The notes beneath the pieces were generated by a model that worked only from the letters and a program-made list of their open reading frames with translations, ran no database searches and was not told the DNA's origin. Shown here one piece after another: positions 39,819 to 49,145 of a stretch of 64,000 nucleotides of DNA. Each line of letters starts with the position of its first letter. The stretch's first letter is position 1. Location of the stretch: contig CADAWN010000002.1 in the NCBI GenBank assembly GCA_902791625.1, positions 4,929 through 68,928 on the forward strand, written 5' to 3'. Origin of the DNA: an uncultured Erysipelotrichaceae bacterium. GTDB lineage: Bacteria; Bacillota_I; Bacilli_A; RF39; UBA660. Both the position numbers and the translations under genes were made by a program.

Positions 39819-42104
39819 TTATCTTCCAAAACAAGTTAGACTTGCATTTTTAACTCTTTCAACACTTACACCCTCGTTTTCATGTCTTCCACATCCTGGA
39901 CAAACATCACCAATTACACCAGTGTAACCACATACTGGATCACGGTCTACTGGGTGGTTAATAGCTCCATAACCAATTCCTTCATCATGCATTACACGAA
40001 CTATTTTTTCGAATGCTTCTACGTTAGTAGCTGTATCTCCATCAAGTTCGATATAACTTATATGACCACCATTTGTTAATGCATGGTATGGACCTTCTAT
40101 CTTTAATTTATCAACTATAGAAATATTGTAATATACTGGAACATGGAATGAATTTGTATAATAATTTCTATCTGTTACTCCAGGTATAATTCCATATATT
40201 GATTTATCAATTCCTGTAAATCTTCCACTTAATCCTTCAGCTGGTGTTGCGATAAGTGAGAAGTTTAATTTATATTCTTGAGCATATTTATCTGCTCTTT
40301 TTCTCATAAATTCAACTATTTCATAACCAAGTTTTTGAGCTTTTTTACTTTCACCATGATGTTCACCAATTAATGCTTTTAATGTTTCAGCAAGACCAAT
40401 AAATCCAAATGTTAAAGTTCCATTTTTAAGAACTGGTCTTAATCTTGAATTATTCTTAAGTCCTTTTGAATCTATCCAAACTCCTTGTCCAAGTAAGAAT
40501 GGGAAGTTATAAACCTTTTTACTACATTGAATTTCGAAACGTTCAAGTAATTGATCTCTTACTAAATCCATTGTTTCTCCTAATTCTTTGTAGAATCCTT
40601 CCATATCAGTCTTACCTGATACAATACCATGTTTAATACCTAATCTAACTAAGTTAATTGATGTAAATGATAAGTTACCACGACCAGAAACTATTTCTTT
40701 ATCAGGGTTAGCAACGTTTGCCATAACTCTTGTACGACATCCCATGTAAGCTATTTCTGTACGATAATCACCTGGTTTATAATATTGTTTATTGAAAGGT
40801 GCATCTATAAATGAGAAGTTAGGGAATAATCTCTTTGCTGACACCTTACATGATAATTTAAATAAATCATAGTTAGGTTCTCCTTCATTATAGTTTATAC
40901 CTTCTTTTACTTTAAATATTGAAATTGGGAATATTGGAGTTTCTCCTTTTCCAAGTCCAGCATCAGTAGCTAGTAAGTAATTTTTAATTACCATTCTTCC
41001 TTCACAAGAAGTATCAGTTCCAAAGTTAATTGATGAGAATGGTACTTGAGCTCCAGCTCTTGAATGCATTGTATTTAAATTATGAATAAATGCTTCCATT
41101 GCTTGATATGTAATTCTATCTGTTTTAGCAAAGGCTTTTTTATAAGCAAATTTAAATATTCTTTCTACTTCTTCACTATTTTCATAGAATGATTTAAATT
41201 CTTCTATATCAAATTCAATGCTTGTTAATTTATCTATTTGTTTAACAATATTATCAAATTTAATTAATCCAATAAATCCTTCTAATTCTAAATAATCATA
41301 TAGCATTTGTTTAAATTGTTTTTTAAATGTTTTTAATACTCCAGGAGCCATGAAATAATCAAATGCAGGAAGACTTTGTCCACCATGTTGATCATTTTGA
41401 TTTGATTGAATTGCAATAGCTGCTAGTGCTGAATAACTCATTATGTCGTTAGGGCATCTTAAATGTCCATGTCCAGTTGAGAATCCATCTTTAAATAATT
41501 CATTTAAATCTATTTGACAACAAGTAGTAGTTCCCATTGGTAGGAAATCCATATCATGAATATGAATTAAACCACTATCATGTGCTTCTGCAAATCTATT
41601 TTGCATTTGATAACTTTTAGCAAATTCTTTAGCAAGAGTTGAACCATATTGAAGCATTGTTCCCATTGCTGTATTTCCATCAACGTTTGCATTATCTCTT
41701 TTTAAATCTTCATCTTTAGCATCTTTAAGTGTTAACGCTTCAATTGCTTTTGTTAATTTATGATATCTAGCTTTAAATATTTTACGAGACTCATTTCTTC
41801 TTTCTCTATAAGTTGCGAATGATTCTTTAACATCTCCATATCCTAAACTATCTAAATTCTTTTCTATTAAATCTTGAATATCTTCTATTTTAATAAATTC
41901 TACTTTTTTATAATCTTTTTCAATATCTTTTAAAACTGCTTCATATACTTTATTAGCATCTTCAACAGTATATTCATTTTCTTGAACTAAACCATCAAAT
42001 CCTTTTTTAATTGCTACTGCGATTTTTTCACCTTGGAAAGAATCTTTTTTACCATCTCTTTTTACTACTTTAAGATTTGGATTTTCTTTAATTATAGTAC
42101 TCAT
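39819..42104 (-). CDS. nrdD: Anaerobic ribonucleoside-triphosphate reductase, large body lacking the glycyl-radical tail
   Basis: N-terminal ATP-cone, class III RNR core and a C-terminal zinc ribbon (CPGCG). It ends 20-odd residues after the ribbon without the RxxGY motif. Confidence 0.9.
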   Translation of the reverse strand: MSTIIKENPNLKVVKRDGKKDSFQGEKIAVAIKKGFDGLVQENEYTVEDANKVYEAVLKDIEKDYKKVEFIKIEDIQDLIEKNLDSLGYGDVKESFATYRERRNESRKIFKARYHKLTKAIEALTLKDAKDEDLKRDNANVDGNTAMGTMLQYGSTLAKEFAKSYQMQNRFAEAHDSGLIHIHDMDFLPMGTTTCCQIDLNELFKDGFSTGHGHLRCPNDIMSYSALAAIAIQSNQNDQHGGQSLPAFDYFMAPGVLKTFKKQFKQMLYDYLELEGFIGLIKFDNIVKQIDKLTSIEFDIEEFKSFYENSEEVERIFKFAYKKAFAKTDRITYQAMEAFIHNLNTMHSRAGAQVPFSSINFGTDTSCEGRMVIKNYLLATDAGLGKGETPIFPISIFKVKEGINYNEGEPNYDLFKLSCKVSAKRLFPNFSFIDAPFNKQYYKPGDYRTEIAYMGCRTRVMANVANPDKEIVSGRGNLSFTSINLVRLGIKHGIVSGKTDMEGFYKELGETMDLVRDQLLERFEIQCSKKVYNFPFLLGQGVWIDSKGLKNNSRLRPVLKNGTLTFGFIGLAETLKALIGEHHGESKKAQKLGYEIVEFMRKRADKYAQEYKLNFSLIATPAEGLSGRFTGIDKSIYGIIPGVTDRNYYTNSFHVPVYYNISIVDKLKIEGPYHALTNGGHISYIELDGDTATNVEAFEKIVRVMHDEGIGYGAINHPVDRDPVCGYTGVIGDVCPGCGRHENEGVSVERVKNASLTCFGR

Positions 42105-42347
42105 AAACTTACCTCCAAACTGCCAATACTTTGTACTTCTTACACTTTGATTTTAAGATAACATTTTTCATTTTGCAATACTATTTTTTATGTTTTTTTT
42201 TACCAATTTTCTAAAACCCTTATTTTACGTTGTTTTGTGAAAAAATTTTTTTGTTCGATTTACGACAATTTACACTTTTTTTAAAAAGTTATAGTTTAAT
42301 TTTTTGTTAATTTCTTTATTTTCTAAACAACCTCAAAAATTAAAATC

Positions 42348-42369
42348 ATTGAAAAATAAAGAAAAAATA
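42348..42369. repeat. Direct repeat copy 1 (attgaaaaataaagaaaaaata)
   Basis: Perfect 22-nt match to 42456-42477; similarity extends about 6 nt further upstream with 2 mismatches. Confidence 0.85.
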
Positions 42370-42455
42370 AAAATAGGTTGTTTTGAAAATTTGTAAATAC
42401 CTATTTTTGCTTTTTTATATTTTCTTATCTTTAATACTATCAAAGTCATAAAACT

Positions 42456-42477
42456 ATTGAAAAATAAAGAAAAAATA
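42456..42477. repeat. Direct repeat copy 2 (attgaaaaataaagaaaaaata)
   Basis: Perfect 22-nt match to 42348-42369, 108 nt apart, in the 390-nt intergenic region upstream of nrdD. Confidence 0.85.
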
Positions 42478-42493
42478 GTACTGTAAAATAACA

Positions 42494-43147
42494 CTATTTA
42501 CATGTACTATTATAAGACAATTTTAATATGTAATTTAACTTATTTCTTACTGGTGAATTAATCTTATCTAGATCATTAATTAATCTTTCTAATTTTTCTT
42601 TATTTGAGGTCTTATCTTCATTAAAACATTCATTATATAAATACTTAATTTTTTCATATTTTCTACTTTTATAACTGTACTTTAAATCCTTAATAATATA
42701 ATTCCTATTCTTTTCTTCTTTTCTTGTTAAATATAGTCTATCTTTTTTATCATTAATAATAGTATATTCTATCTTATAATTATCCAACTGCATACTTAAC
42801 TCTAATATTTCTTGTTCTTCATCTAATAATAATGAACTTTTATATTCAACACTACCTTCTTTATTAAATAAAAATGCATATACTCTATTTCCTTCAGTTA
42901 ATAAACTAGAATATTCTATTTTCTTTTCATTATTTGAAAATAATATAGTTTTATCTTTAATTATATCTAAAAACTTTTTTGATACTTCAATATCATTATT
43001 CAATAAATCATCTATAGTTTTATAATCAACTAAAAAAAGAGGAATTCTTTTAATATGTTCAATATCATCATTATTATTCCATTCAAAAACTTCATATATT
43101 CTATTACTATCTATAAAATTAACTAATATATCATATGCATATGTCAT
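42494..43147 (-). CDS. Conserved Firmicute protein, YqhG/DUF3603-like
   Basis: The ATG at 43145-43147 follows GGAGAAAG. The N-terminus MTYAYDILVNFIDSNRIYEVFEWNNNDDIEHIKRIPLF resembles DUF3603. The track ORF extends to 43213. Confidence 0.4.
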   Translation of the reverse strand: MTYAYDILVNFIDSNRIYEVFEWNNNDDIEHIKRIPLFLVDYKTIDDLLNNDIEVSKKFLDIIKDKTILFSNNEKKIEYSSLLTEGNRVYAFLFNKEGSVEYKSSLLLDEEQEILELSMQLDNYKIEYTIINDKKDRLYLTRKEEKNRNYIIKDLKYSYKSRKYEKIKYLYNECFNEDKTSNKEKLERLINDLDKINSPVRNKLNYILKLSYNSTCK

Positions 43148-43362
43148 ATTTTCTTTCTCCTTATAAATATAGTAATTATAATTAATAACAATCCAATAAA
43201 AAATGTATAACACTCTATATGTTTGAAAATAAAAAATTTTAATTCTTTAAAATCATAAAAAAAATTAAAAAGACTTGTATATAGTATTATATAAAATAGT
43301 CCTATACTAGTTAGGATGAAACCTAATATAAATATTATAATTTTATACAAAACTATCACCAT
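43144..43362 (-). CDS. Small membrane protein
   Basis: 72 aa with two TM helices; ATGA overlap with the downstream gene. Confidence 0.45.
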   Translation of the reverse strand: MVIVLYKIIIFILGFILTSIGLFYIILYTSLFNFFYDFKELKFFIFKHIECYTFFIGLLLIIITIFIRRKKI

Positions 43363-43428
43363 TTAAATTTATGACTAATACAGTTATAGTATACTTTTAA
43401 ATATTTGTTTTATACATAAAAATACCGA

Positions 43429-44514
43429 TTATTCTAAATCGGCATTTTCTAATTTTTTTAACTCTACTCTATTAATTGATTCAAATTTCTTAGAAAGTTT
43501 ATCTGTTGTAATTGAAAAGTTTTCTACATCTTTATTGACTGTTTGAATACTTCTAGATAGTTTGTCCCATCTTTCTTTATAACGAGTAAACTCTATTCCT
43601 AATTTATTTAATTCTTCATGAATAATTTGAGTATATTTATCTCTTTCAATATTCTTAATAATCATTTCAACAACAGTAAGCGTTGAAATTAATGTAGTTG
43701 GGCTTGTAATCCATACTCGTTTTTTATAAGCATAATCTATTATATCTTGATGATATGCATTTATTTCAGCAAATATAGCTTCTGCAGGTAAGAATAATAT
43801 TGCTTGATCACTAGTTTCACCTGGTATTATATATTTACTACTAATCGCATCTATATGTTTCTTAACATCATTTTTGAACATCTTTTCATAAACATTTCTT
43901 TCTTCTTTATCAATTTTATGATCTAACATCTTTTGATAGTTCTCAAGTGGAAATTTAGAATCTATAGCGATAGTTCCTAAAGGTTCTGGTGCGAATAAAA
44001 CAGAATCAGCTATAACACCTGTAGACATAGTATATTGCATTCTGTAAATCTTATCATTTTTATCTCCAAAGATAGTAGATAAAATATGATGTAAGTTAAC
44101 TTCTCCAAATATACCTCTACTCTTTTTATCAGTTAAAATACTTTCAAGAGAAACTATATCACCTGATAATGTTTCTATTTTCTTTTGGGCTTCATCTATT
44201 TTACTTAATCTTTCTAAAACATTAGTAAATGTTTTATTAGTCTTTTCAAAATTTTGATCAAGTCTTTCATTTACTTTTTCATTAATAATCATTAATCTTT
44301 TTTCAACATTATCATTTAAAGTATTAAAATCTTTTGTTAAATTACTATTTAATCCATCTTTAAATTCACTTAACTCTTTCATAACAGAAACTTCAAACCT
44401 TCCAAGTCTTTCTGTTATATTAGCATCATTAATACCTTCTTTTCTACTATTAATAATAACTATTATTAGTAAAATAATAACTACTACTAATAATCCAATT
44501 ACTACATATAACAC
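43429..44514 (-). CDS. rmuC: DNA recombination protein RmuC
   Basis: N-terminal TM, a coiled coil, and the RmuC core motifs FLPAEAIFAEI and WITSPTTL. Confidence 0.8.
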   Translation of the reverse strand: MLYVVIGLLVVVIILLIIVIINSRKEGINDANITERLGRFEVSVMKELSEFKDGLNSNLTKDFNTLNDNVEKRLMIINEKVNERLDQNFEKTNKTFTNVLERLSKIDEAQKKIETLSGDIVSLESILTDKKSRGIFGEVNLHHILSTIFGDKNDKIYRMQYTMSTGVIADSVLFAPEPLGTIAIDSKFPLENYQKMLDHKIDKEERNVYEKMFKNDVKKHIDAISSKYIIPGETSDQAILFLPAEAIFAEINAYHQDIIDYAYKKRVWITSPTTLISTLTVVEMIIKNIERDKYTQIIHEELNKLGIEFTRYKERWDKLSRSIQTVNKDVENFSITTDKLSKKFESINRVELKKLENADLE

Positions 44515-44551
44515 ATTATCACCTTCTAACTTATTTCACTATAACACATTA

Positions 44552-44827
44552 TTACTTTTTATTCAAATATGAATTAAAACCACCAACTAAATTATAAACT
44601 TTATAACCTTTACTATTTAAATAATTAACTACTCTTTTACTTCTATTGCCATAATCACAATATATAACATATTCATTATTCATATCTAAATAATGTTTAG
44701 GATTCATCAATAATTTATTTTCTAAAATATTAATACTACCAGGAATATGATCTATTAAATATTTGTATTTAGCTCTTATATCTATTATTATTTTATCACT
44801 ACTAAGATCTTCAATTAATATATTCAT
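44552..44827 (-). CDS. Single-domain rhodanese-like protein
   Basis: Active-site loop YCDYGNRSKR, followed by GGF. Confidence 0.75.
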   Translation of the reverse strand: MNILIEDLSSDKIIIDIRAKYKYLIDHIPGSINILENKLLMNPKHYLDMNNEYVIYCDYGNRSKRVVNYLNSKGYKVYNLVGGFNSYLNKK

Positions 44828-44852
44828 AACTTCACCTCTAAAGTAGTATATG

Positions 44853-44878
44853 AAAAAGAATAGTACAATGTACTATTC
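44853..44878 (-). terminator. Intrinsic terminator closing the Tad/T4SS supercluster
   Basis: Minus strand reads GAATAGTAC-ATT-GTACTATTC-TTTTTC. The stem includes the TAG stop of ORF 44873-46078. Confidence 0.6.
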
Positions 44879-46078
44879 TATTACGTAAGGTTTTTCTTGA
44901 GTTCCTTTACCACTACTAAATGTAGTATTACTTCCTAAATGAATTACAGGTCTTAATCCTGCATATATATATGCAGAAGTTTCTTCAACTTTTCCAGATG
45001 AAGTTACTAAATATACTTCATAACTATTATTTGCATTACCTGTAGCTAACCACCAACCATCAGTTGGTTCAGATAAATAATTATAATTTTGACAAGATTT
45101 AGAAGCAGGATTCTTACATTCTGGATCAATGCTTGCATTCATATATTCAGATATTGTTAATAAACCTACTTTAGTATTATCTAAAGTCTTTTGGCATTCA
45201 TAAGCATTATTAGTTACTGTATTATTAATATTTACTTTTCCAATACATAATTTGAATGGTTTTAACTTTTTAACACTAGTAGTTGGTAATAATAATTCAT
45301 TATACTTTGTACTTCCTGTTCTAGCTGCTTCATATATATCATTAAGTAAATCTTTCATTCTACTCTTTTCATAATCATTGTATCCAGTATTATATTGCAT
45401 ATCAACGTTATATCTGTTATCCCAAGCATGTTCATAATCATAGAAACCATTTAATATTAAAACTATATCTTTATTAGAATCTATTTTAACAACACGCCAT
45501 AATCTATCACCAAATTTTACATAGTTATTAACTTTTTCTCCACGATACACATATTCATTATTCATACGATATAGTCCTGCATCTTTATCAACAATCTTAT
45601 TAGATTCAGTTAATTGTTTATATAAAACTTTTGAACTATAATTGTCTCCACAATCTAAATATGAACTATAAGAATAATCACCACTATGATTTTCAACAGT
45701 TACACTTCCTGAGCATGATTTAAGTTTTGCATAATCTTCCATGTAATTTAGTTTTATCAATTGACTTAGAGTAACTTCATTACTTCTACCATCAGTAGGT
45801 AATTCTTTATTATTAACTTTATAATAATTTTTAGCAGCAGCAATCATTTTATTCTCATAAGCAGAATAATCACTACTAGTTTTTGATGAATCAACAGATA
45901 ATAACCATAATACTATTATTAGTAGAAAAATAATTATTATTGAAAATATTAATATTTTTTTAATTGGTATTCCTACTACACTTTTAGTTTTAGTTGTTGT
46001 TACTACTTCATCTTCATCATATTCTGTTTTTAAAGCTTCTATTAACTCTTCATTTTTATTTTCTTTTGGATCTATCAT
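44873..46078 (-). CDS. Membrane-anchored surface protein with lectin-like C-terminal domain (paralog of 25505-26803)
   Basis: Acidic N-terminus, one TM segment, RLWRVVKIDSNKDIVLIL and WWLATGNANN...YAGLRPVIHL motifs. It is the last gene of the cluster. Confidence 0.55.
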   Translation of the reverse strand: MIDPKENKNEELIEALKTEYDEDEVVTTTKTKSVVGIPIKKILIFSIIIIFLLIIVLWLLSVDSSKTSSDYSAYENKMIAAAKNYYKVNNKELPTDGRSNEVTLSQLIKLNYMEDYAKLKSCSGSVTVENHSGDYSYSSYLDCGDNYSSKVLYKQLTESNKIVDKDAGLYRMNNEYVYRGEKVNNYVKFGDRLWRVVKIDSNKDIVLILNGFYDYEHAWDNRYNVDMQYNTGYNDYEKSRMKDLLNDIYEAARTGSTKYNELLLPTTSVKKLKPFKLCIGKVNINNTVTNNAYECQKTLDNTKVGLLTISEYMNASIDPECKNPASKSCQNYNYLSEPTDGWWLATGNANNSYEVYLVTSSGKVEETSAYIYAGLRPVIHLGSNTTFSSGKGTQEKPYVIE

Positions 46079-46093
46079 TTAAAACTCCTCCTT

Positions 46094-48283
46094 CTAATTA
46101 TCAAAAAAGTCATCAAAGAACTCTTCATCTTCATCGTCATCATCTAAATTGAATACGACTGATTCATTTTTCTTTTTCTCTTTTGGTTCTTCTTCTACTG
46201 TTGCATCAATAATTTCTTCATCATCTTCTTCAGAAACAGGTTCAACTTTAGCTATTGTTTCTTCTTTTTTCTTTTCTTCCTCTTTCATCTTTTCTTTTTC
46301 TTTTCTTTCTTCTTCTTCAAGTTCAGCAATCTTTTGGTCAATTTTCTTTACCAAACTGTCAATATCTAAACCATCTGAAGATTCTTTTGGTTCGAAAGGA
46401 TTTTTCTCCATAGAAGAAGGTCTTGGTCTTTCTCTATTAAATGGTGAATCTTCATTCATACCCATAAATGGTGGGAACATACCTCCTCCCATTTGTGGTT
46501 TGAACGGCATATTCTTCATTGGTATATCATCATCGTCATCATTTTCTGCTGCATTCATCATTTCAAGTAATTTTCTTTTCTTTTCATTTTTAACAAATTC
46601 TTTTATATCAAATACATTAATTGGTAATTTATTTCTAACTGGGTATTTTGCTTTTGGATATTTTTTACCCCAATTAATTGCATAGTTAGGAGTAAATTTA
46701 GTTTTAAATGGTGACATACGAAGTCTCATTATGATTACTTCGTTTTCTTTCATCTTTTGTAAATCTGTAACTGTAACTAATGGTGTTGAAGCTGTTTTAT
46801 CATCTTTCTTTGATTTTACTTCTCCACACATTTTACTTATTTCTTCTAGAGCTTTTAATTCTGTTGTAACTAAGTAAATTGTATTACCACAGTTACCACG
46901 TAATGTTTCAGCTTGTTCTTTTCCATAAACTTGTTCAAGTTGAGCAAAGTTTTGAATAATCATTGTAAATCTAATTTGACGTGATCTAGCTGCAGTAATC
47001 ATAGTTGTAACATCTTTTAAAGGTGGCATGTTTGCAAACTCATCAAGTAAGAAATTCGTACGTACTGGAAGTTTACCACCATGATCTTGAGCAACACTAA
47101 TTAGTGTTTCATAAATCTGTTTTAATAATATTGTAACTAATGAGTGATATGTCTTCTTTTCATCTTGAATAACAATGTATACTATAGTTGGTTTTTCACC
47201 AATACTTCTTAAATCTATATCACTATGCGAAAGCATTTCACTTAAGTTTTCACGAGATGCGAATAATTGAATCTTTTGTCTAAATACTGATAAAATACTT
47301 TGTTTAGTTTCACTAGCAGCCATAACTGTACTGTTAGCTTTTATGTAAGATGCTCCTGTTGGATCTTTACCTTGGAAGTATTCTTTAATATAAGTAGACC
47401 CACCAAATTTATCTTCACCAATACTTGTAGTTAAACTAATACTATTAATATTTATTTCATTAGGTTTAGCATCCTCAAATAATCCTAGTGCAACACCTGA
47501 GAAATAATCTGCAGATGTTTTTTCCCAGAATGGATCTGAACCTTTATTATTTTCATCATATAAGATATTAAGAGCTAAGTCATCTAGTAACTCTATTGCT
47601 TTATCTTTATTATCTTCTTTATATAATTTATATGGTAAATCCATTGGATTCCATGAATTACCATTTTGAGGATCACGGAAATTTAATAAGATAACATTAT
47701 ATCCTCTATCTCTTAGCATATTAGCTGTTTCTTCATAAATTTCACCTTTAGGGTCAGTAATAATCATTGATTCTCTTTTTTTAGCTAAAATCTTAACTGT
47801 TGGAAATATAACTGTCTGTGTTTTACCAGAACCAGTAGCACCAATAACTAATGTATGGTTTTCACCATTATCTACATATATCTTCTCACCTTTATATAAT
47901 AATGGTATTCCAGCAGCATTAGAATTCTTATCATTTATATTAACTGAAGCAACATTCTTGCTATTAATAATTTCTTTTTCTTTAGCCCATCTAGAATAAC
48001 CTTTATCCTTCTTTTGAGTTGAAAAACCTATTCCTTTATCAAACTCAAATATATAAGATTTTACACTAAATATTATTCCACCAGCTGCTAAAATATAGAA
48101 AACAATAGTTGCTTTAATATATTCAGCAGAAAAAGCAGGAAGTGGATTAGGTCCAGCAAAAGTACCTTTACTTGCAAAAGTTGATATATTAACTACTAGT
48201 ACTGCAACAATATATAAAAGGAATAATGCAAAGACACCTACCATCCATAAATCATCTGAATCAATACGTAATTTCAATTTCAT
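46094..48283 (-). CDS. Type IV coupling protein (VirD4/TraG/PcfC-like)
   Basis: Two N-terminal TM segments, Walker A VIGATGSGKTQT, Walker B LLDEFANMPPL, and a long acidic C-terminal tail. Confidence 0.85.
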   Translation of the reverse strand: MKLKLRIDSDDLWMVGVFALFLLYIVAVLVVNISTFASKGTFAGPNPLPAFSAEYIKATIVFYILAAGGIIFSVKSYIFEFDKGIGFSTQKKDKGYSRWAKEKEIINSKNVASVNINDKNSNAAGIPLLYKGEKIYVDNGENHTLVIGATGSGKTQTVIFPTVKILAKKRESMIITDPKGEIYEETANMLRDRGYNVILLNFRDPQNGNSWNPMDLPYKLYKEDNKDKAIELLDDLALNILYDENNKGSDPFWEKTSADYFSGVALGLFEDAKPNEININSISLTTSIGEDKFGGSTYIKEYFQGKDPTGASYIKANSTVMAASETKQSILSVFRQKIQLFASRENLSEMLSHSDIDLRSIGEKPTIVYIVIQDEKKTYHSLVTILLKQIYETLISVAQDHGGKLPVRTNFLLDEFANMPPLKDVTTMITAARSRQIRFTMIIQNFAQLEQVYGKEQAETLRGNCGNTIYLVTTELKALEEISKMCGEVKSKKDDKTASTPLVTVTDLQKMKENEVIIMRLRMSPFKTKFTPNYAINWGKKYPKAKYPVRNKLPINVFDIKEFVKNEKKRKLLEMMNAAENDDDDDIPMKNMPFKPQMGGGMFPPFMGMNEDSPFNRERPRPSSMEKNPFEPKESSDGLDIDSLVKKIDQKIAELEEEERKEKEKMKEEEKKKEETIAKVEPVSEEDDEEIIDATVEEEPKEKKKNESVVFNLDDDDEDEEFFDDFFDN

Positions 48284-48319
48284 ATTATGACCTCTTTCTA
48301 GTGAAATATTATATCACAT

Positions 48320-49141
48320 TTATTTAATATAAAGCAATAATTCATACTTATTATCACTGTTTTTATAAACTCCATATTCATTGTTATTACTATAGCTATA
48401 ATAACCACATTTAGTAATAATATTAACATCATTACTATCTTCTATTTTTATTAATCCAAGTAAAGTTGCTGAACACATAGAATATCTATTTTTAGCTTTA
48501 ACAACATTCTTATATATGAAGGTAGTTTTATTATTATCTTTAACAAAAATTAAACTATATGCATTACTATTTACAGAATAAGCAAACATATTAGATATAA
48601 CAAATAATTCTTCTTTATTGTCATCATTATCAAAATCATAAGTTACTTTATAACCTCTAAGATAATTATTTAAATCACTATTTGATACTCCTTCTTTTAA
48701 AAGAACAGAATGTATATAGTTATTATCTTTATCAGTTAGTTCTTCTTTATCAAACTCTATAAATTTAGATTTAATTCTTCCACCTAAATACAAGCTTTCC
48801 TCTGTTGTCGTAATAGAGTTCCTTTCTTTATCCTTTTCTTCAAACAAATAGAATTTATTGTCTGTTATATATAATGAATAATTTCCCTTCTTTTTTCCTT
48901 CTTCGAATACATCAAACTTATCCCAATCATATTTTTCATAATCTTTTGGTAACACTTGTTTCCATTTATCTTTAGAATAAGTAATCATTCTATCTTTGTT
49001 TAAAACAATATCAACAGAAGGTGCTTTTCCACCTATTATTCCAAGAAAATATAATACTAATAATATTACCATAATTAATATGAAAATTATAATTATAAAA
49101 ATTGTAACTTTTTCATTAGAACTTTTATTTTTCACAAGCAC
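48320..49141 (-). CDS. Bitopic membrane protein in the VirB8/PrgL position
   Basis: An N-terminal TM anchor plus a ~230-aa external domain, placed between the hydrolase and the coupling protein as PrgL is in pCF10. The assignment is positional only. Confidence 0.3.
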   Translation of the reverse strand: MLVKNKSSNEKVTIFIIIIFILIMVILLVLYFLGIIGGKAPSVDIVLNKDRMITYSKDKWKQVLPKDYEKYDWDKFDVFEEGKKKGNYSLYITDNKFYLFEEKDKERNSITTTEESLYLGGRIKSKFIEFDKEELTDKDNNYIHSVLLKEGVSNSDLNNYLRGYKVTYDFDNDDNKEELFVISNMFAYSVNSNAYSLIFVKDNNKTTFIYKNVVKAKNRYSMCSATLLGLIKIEDSNDVNIITKCGYYSYSNNNEYGVYKNSDNKYELLLYIK

Positions 49142-49145
49142 CCTC

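Noticed and set aside
42105-42300. NrdR boxes (16-bp palindromes, consensus acaCwAtATaTwGtgt) upstream of nrdD.
   Set aside because: I found only weak half-site resemblances (for example CAAAGTATTG) and no convincing palindrome or tandem pair. I cannot support the call by eye.
46149-46685. Ser/Phe-rich 178-aa plus-strand ORF.
   Set aside because: It is antisense to the E/K/D-rich low-complexity tail of the VirD4-like gene, which makes it a reverse-complement artefact. The same reasoning applies to 416-703, 5983-6267, 6792-7007, 16335-16517, 23206-23436, 25278-25463, 34077-34262, 37761-38009, 39489-39728, 39700-39927, 39882-40079, 51697-51900, 53181-53411, 57129-57323 and 57896-58315.
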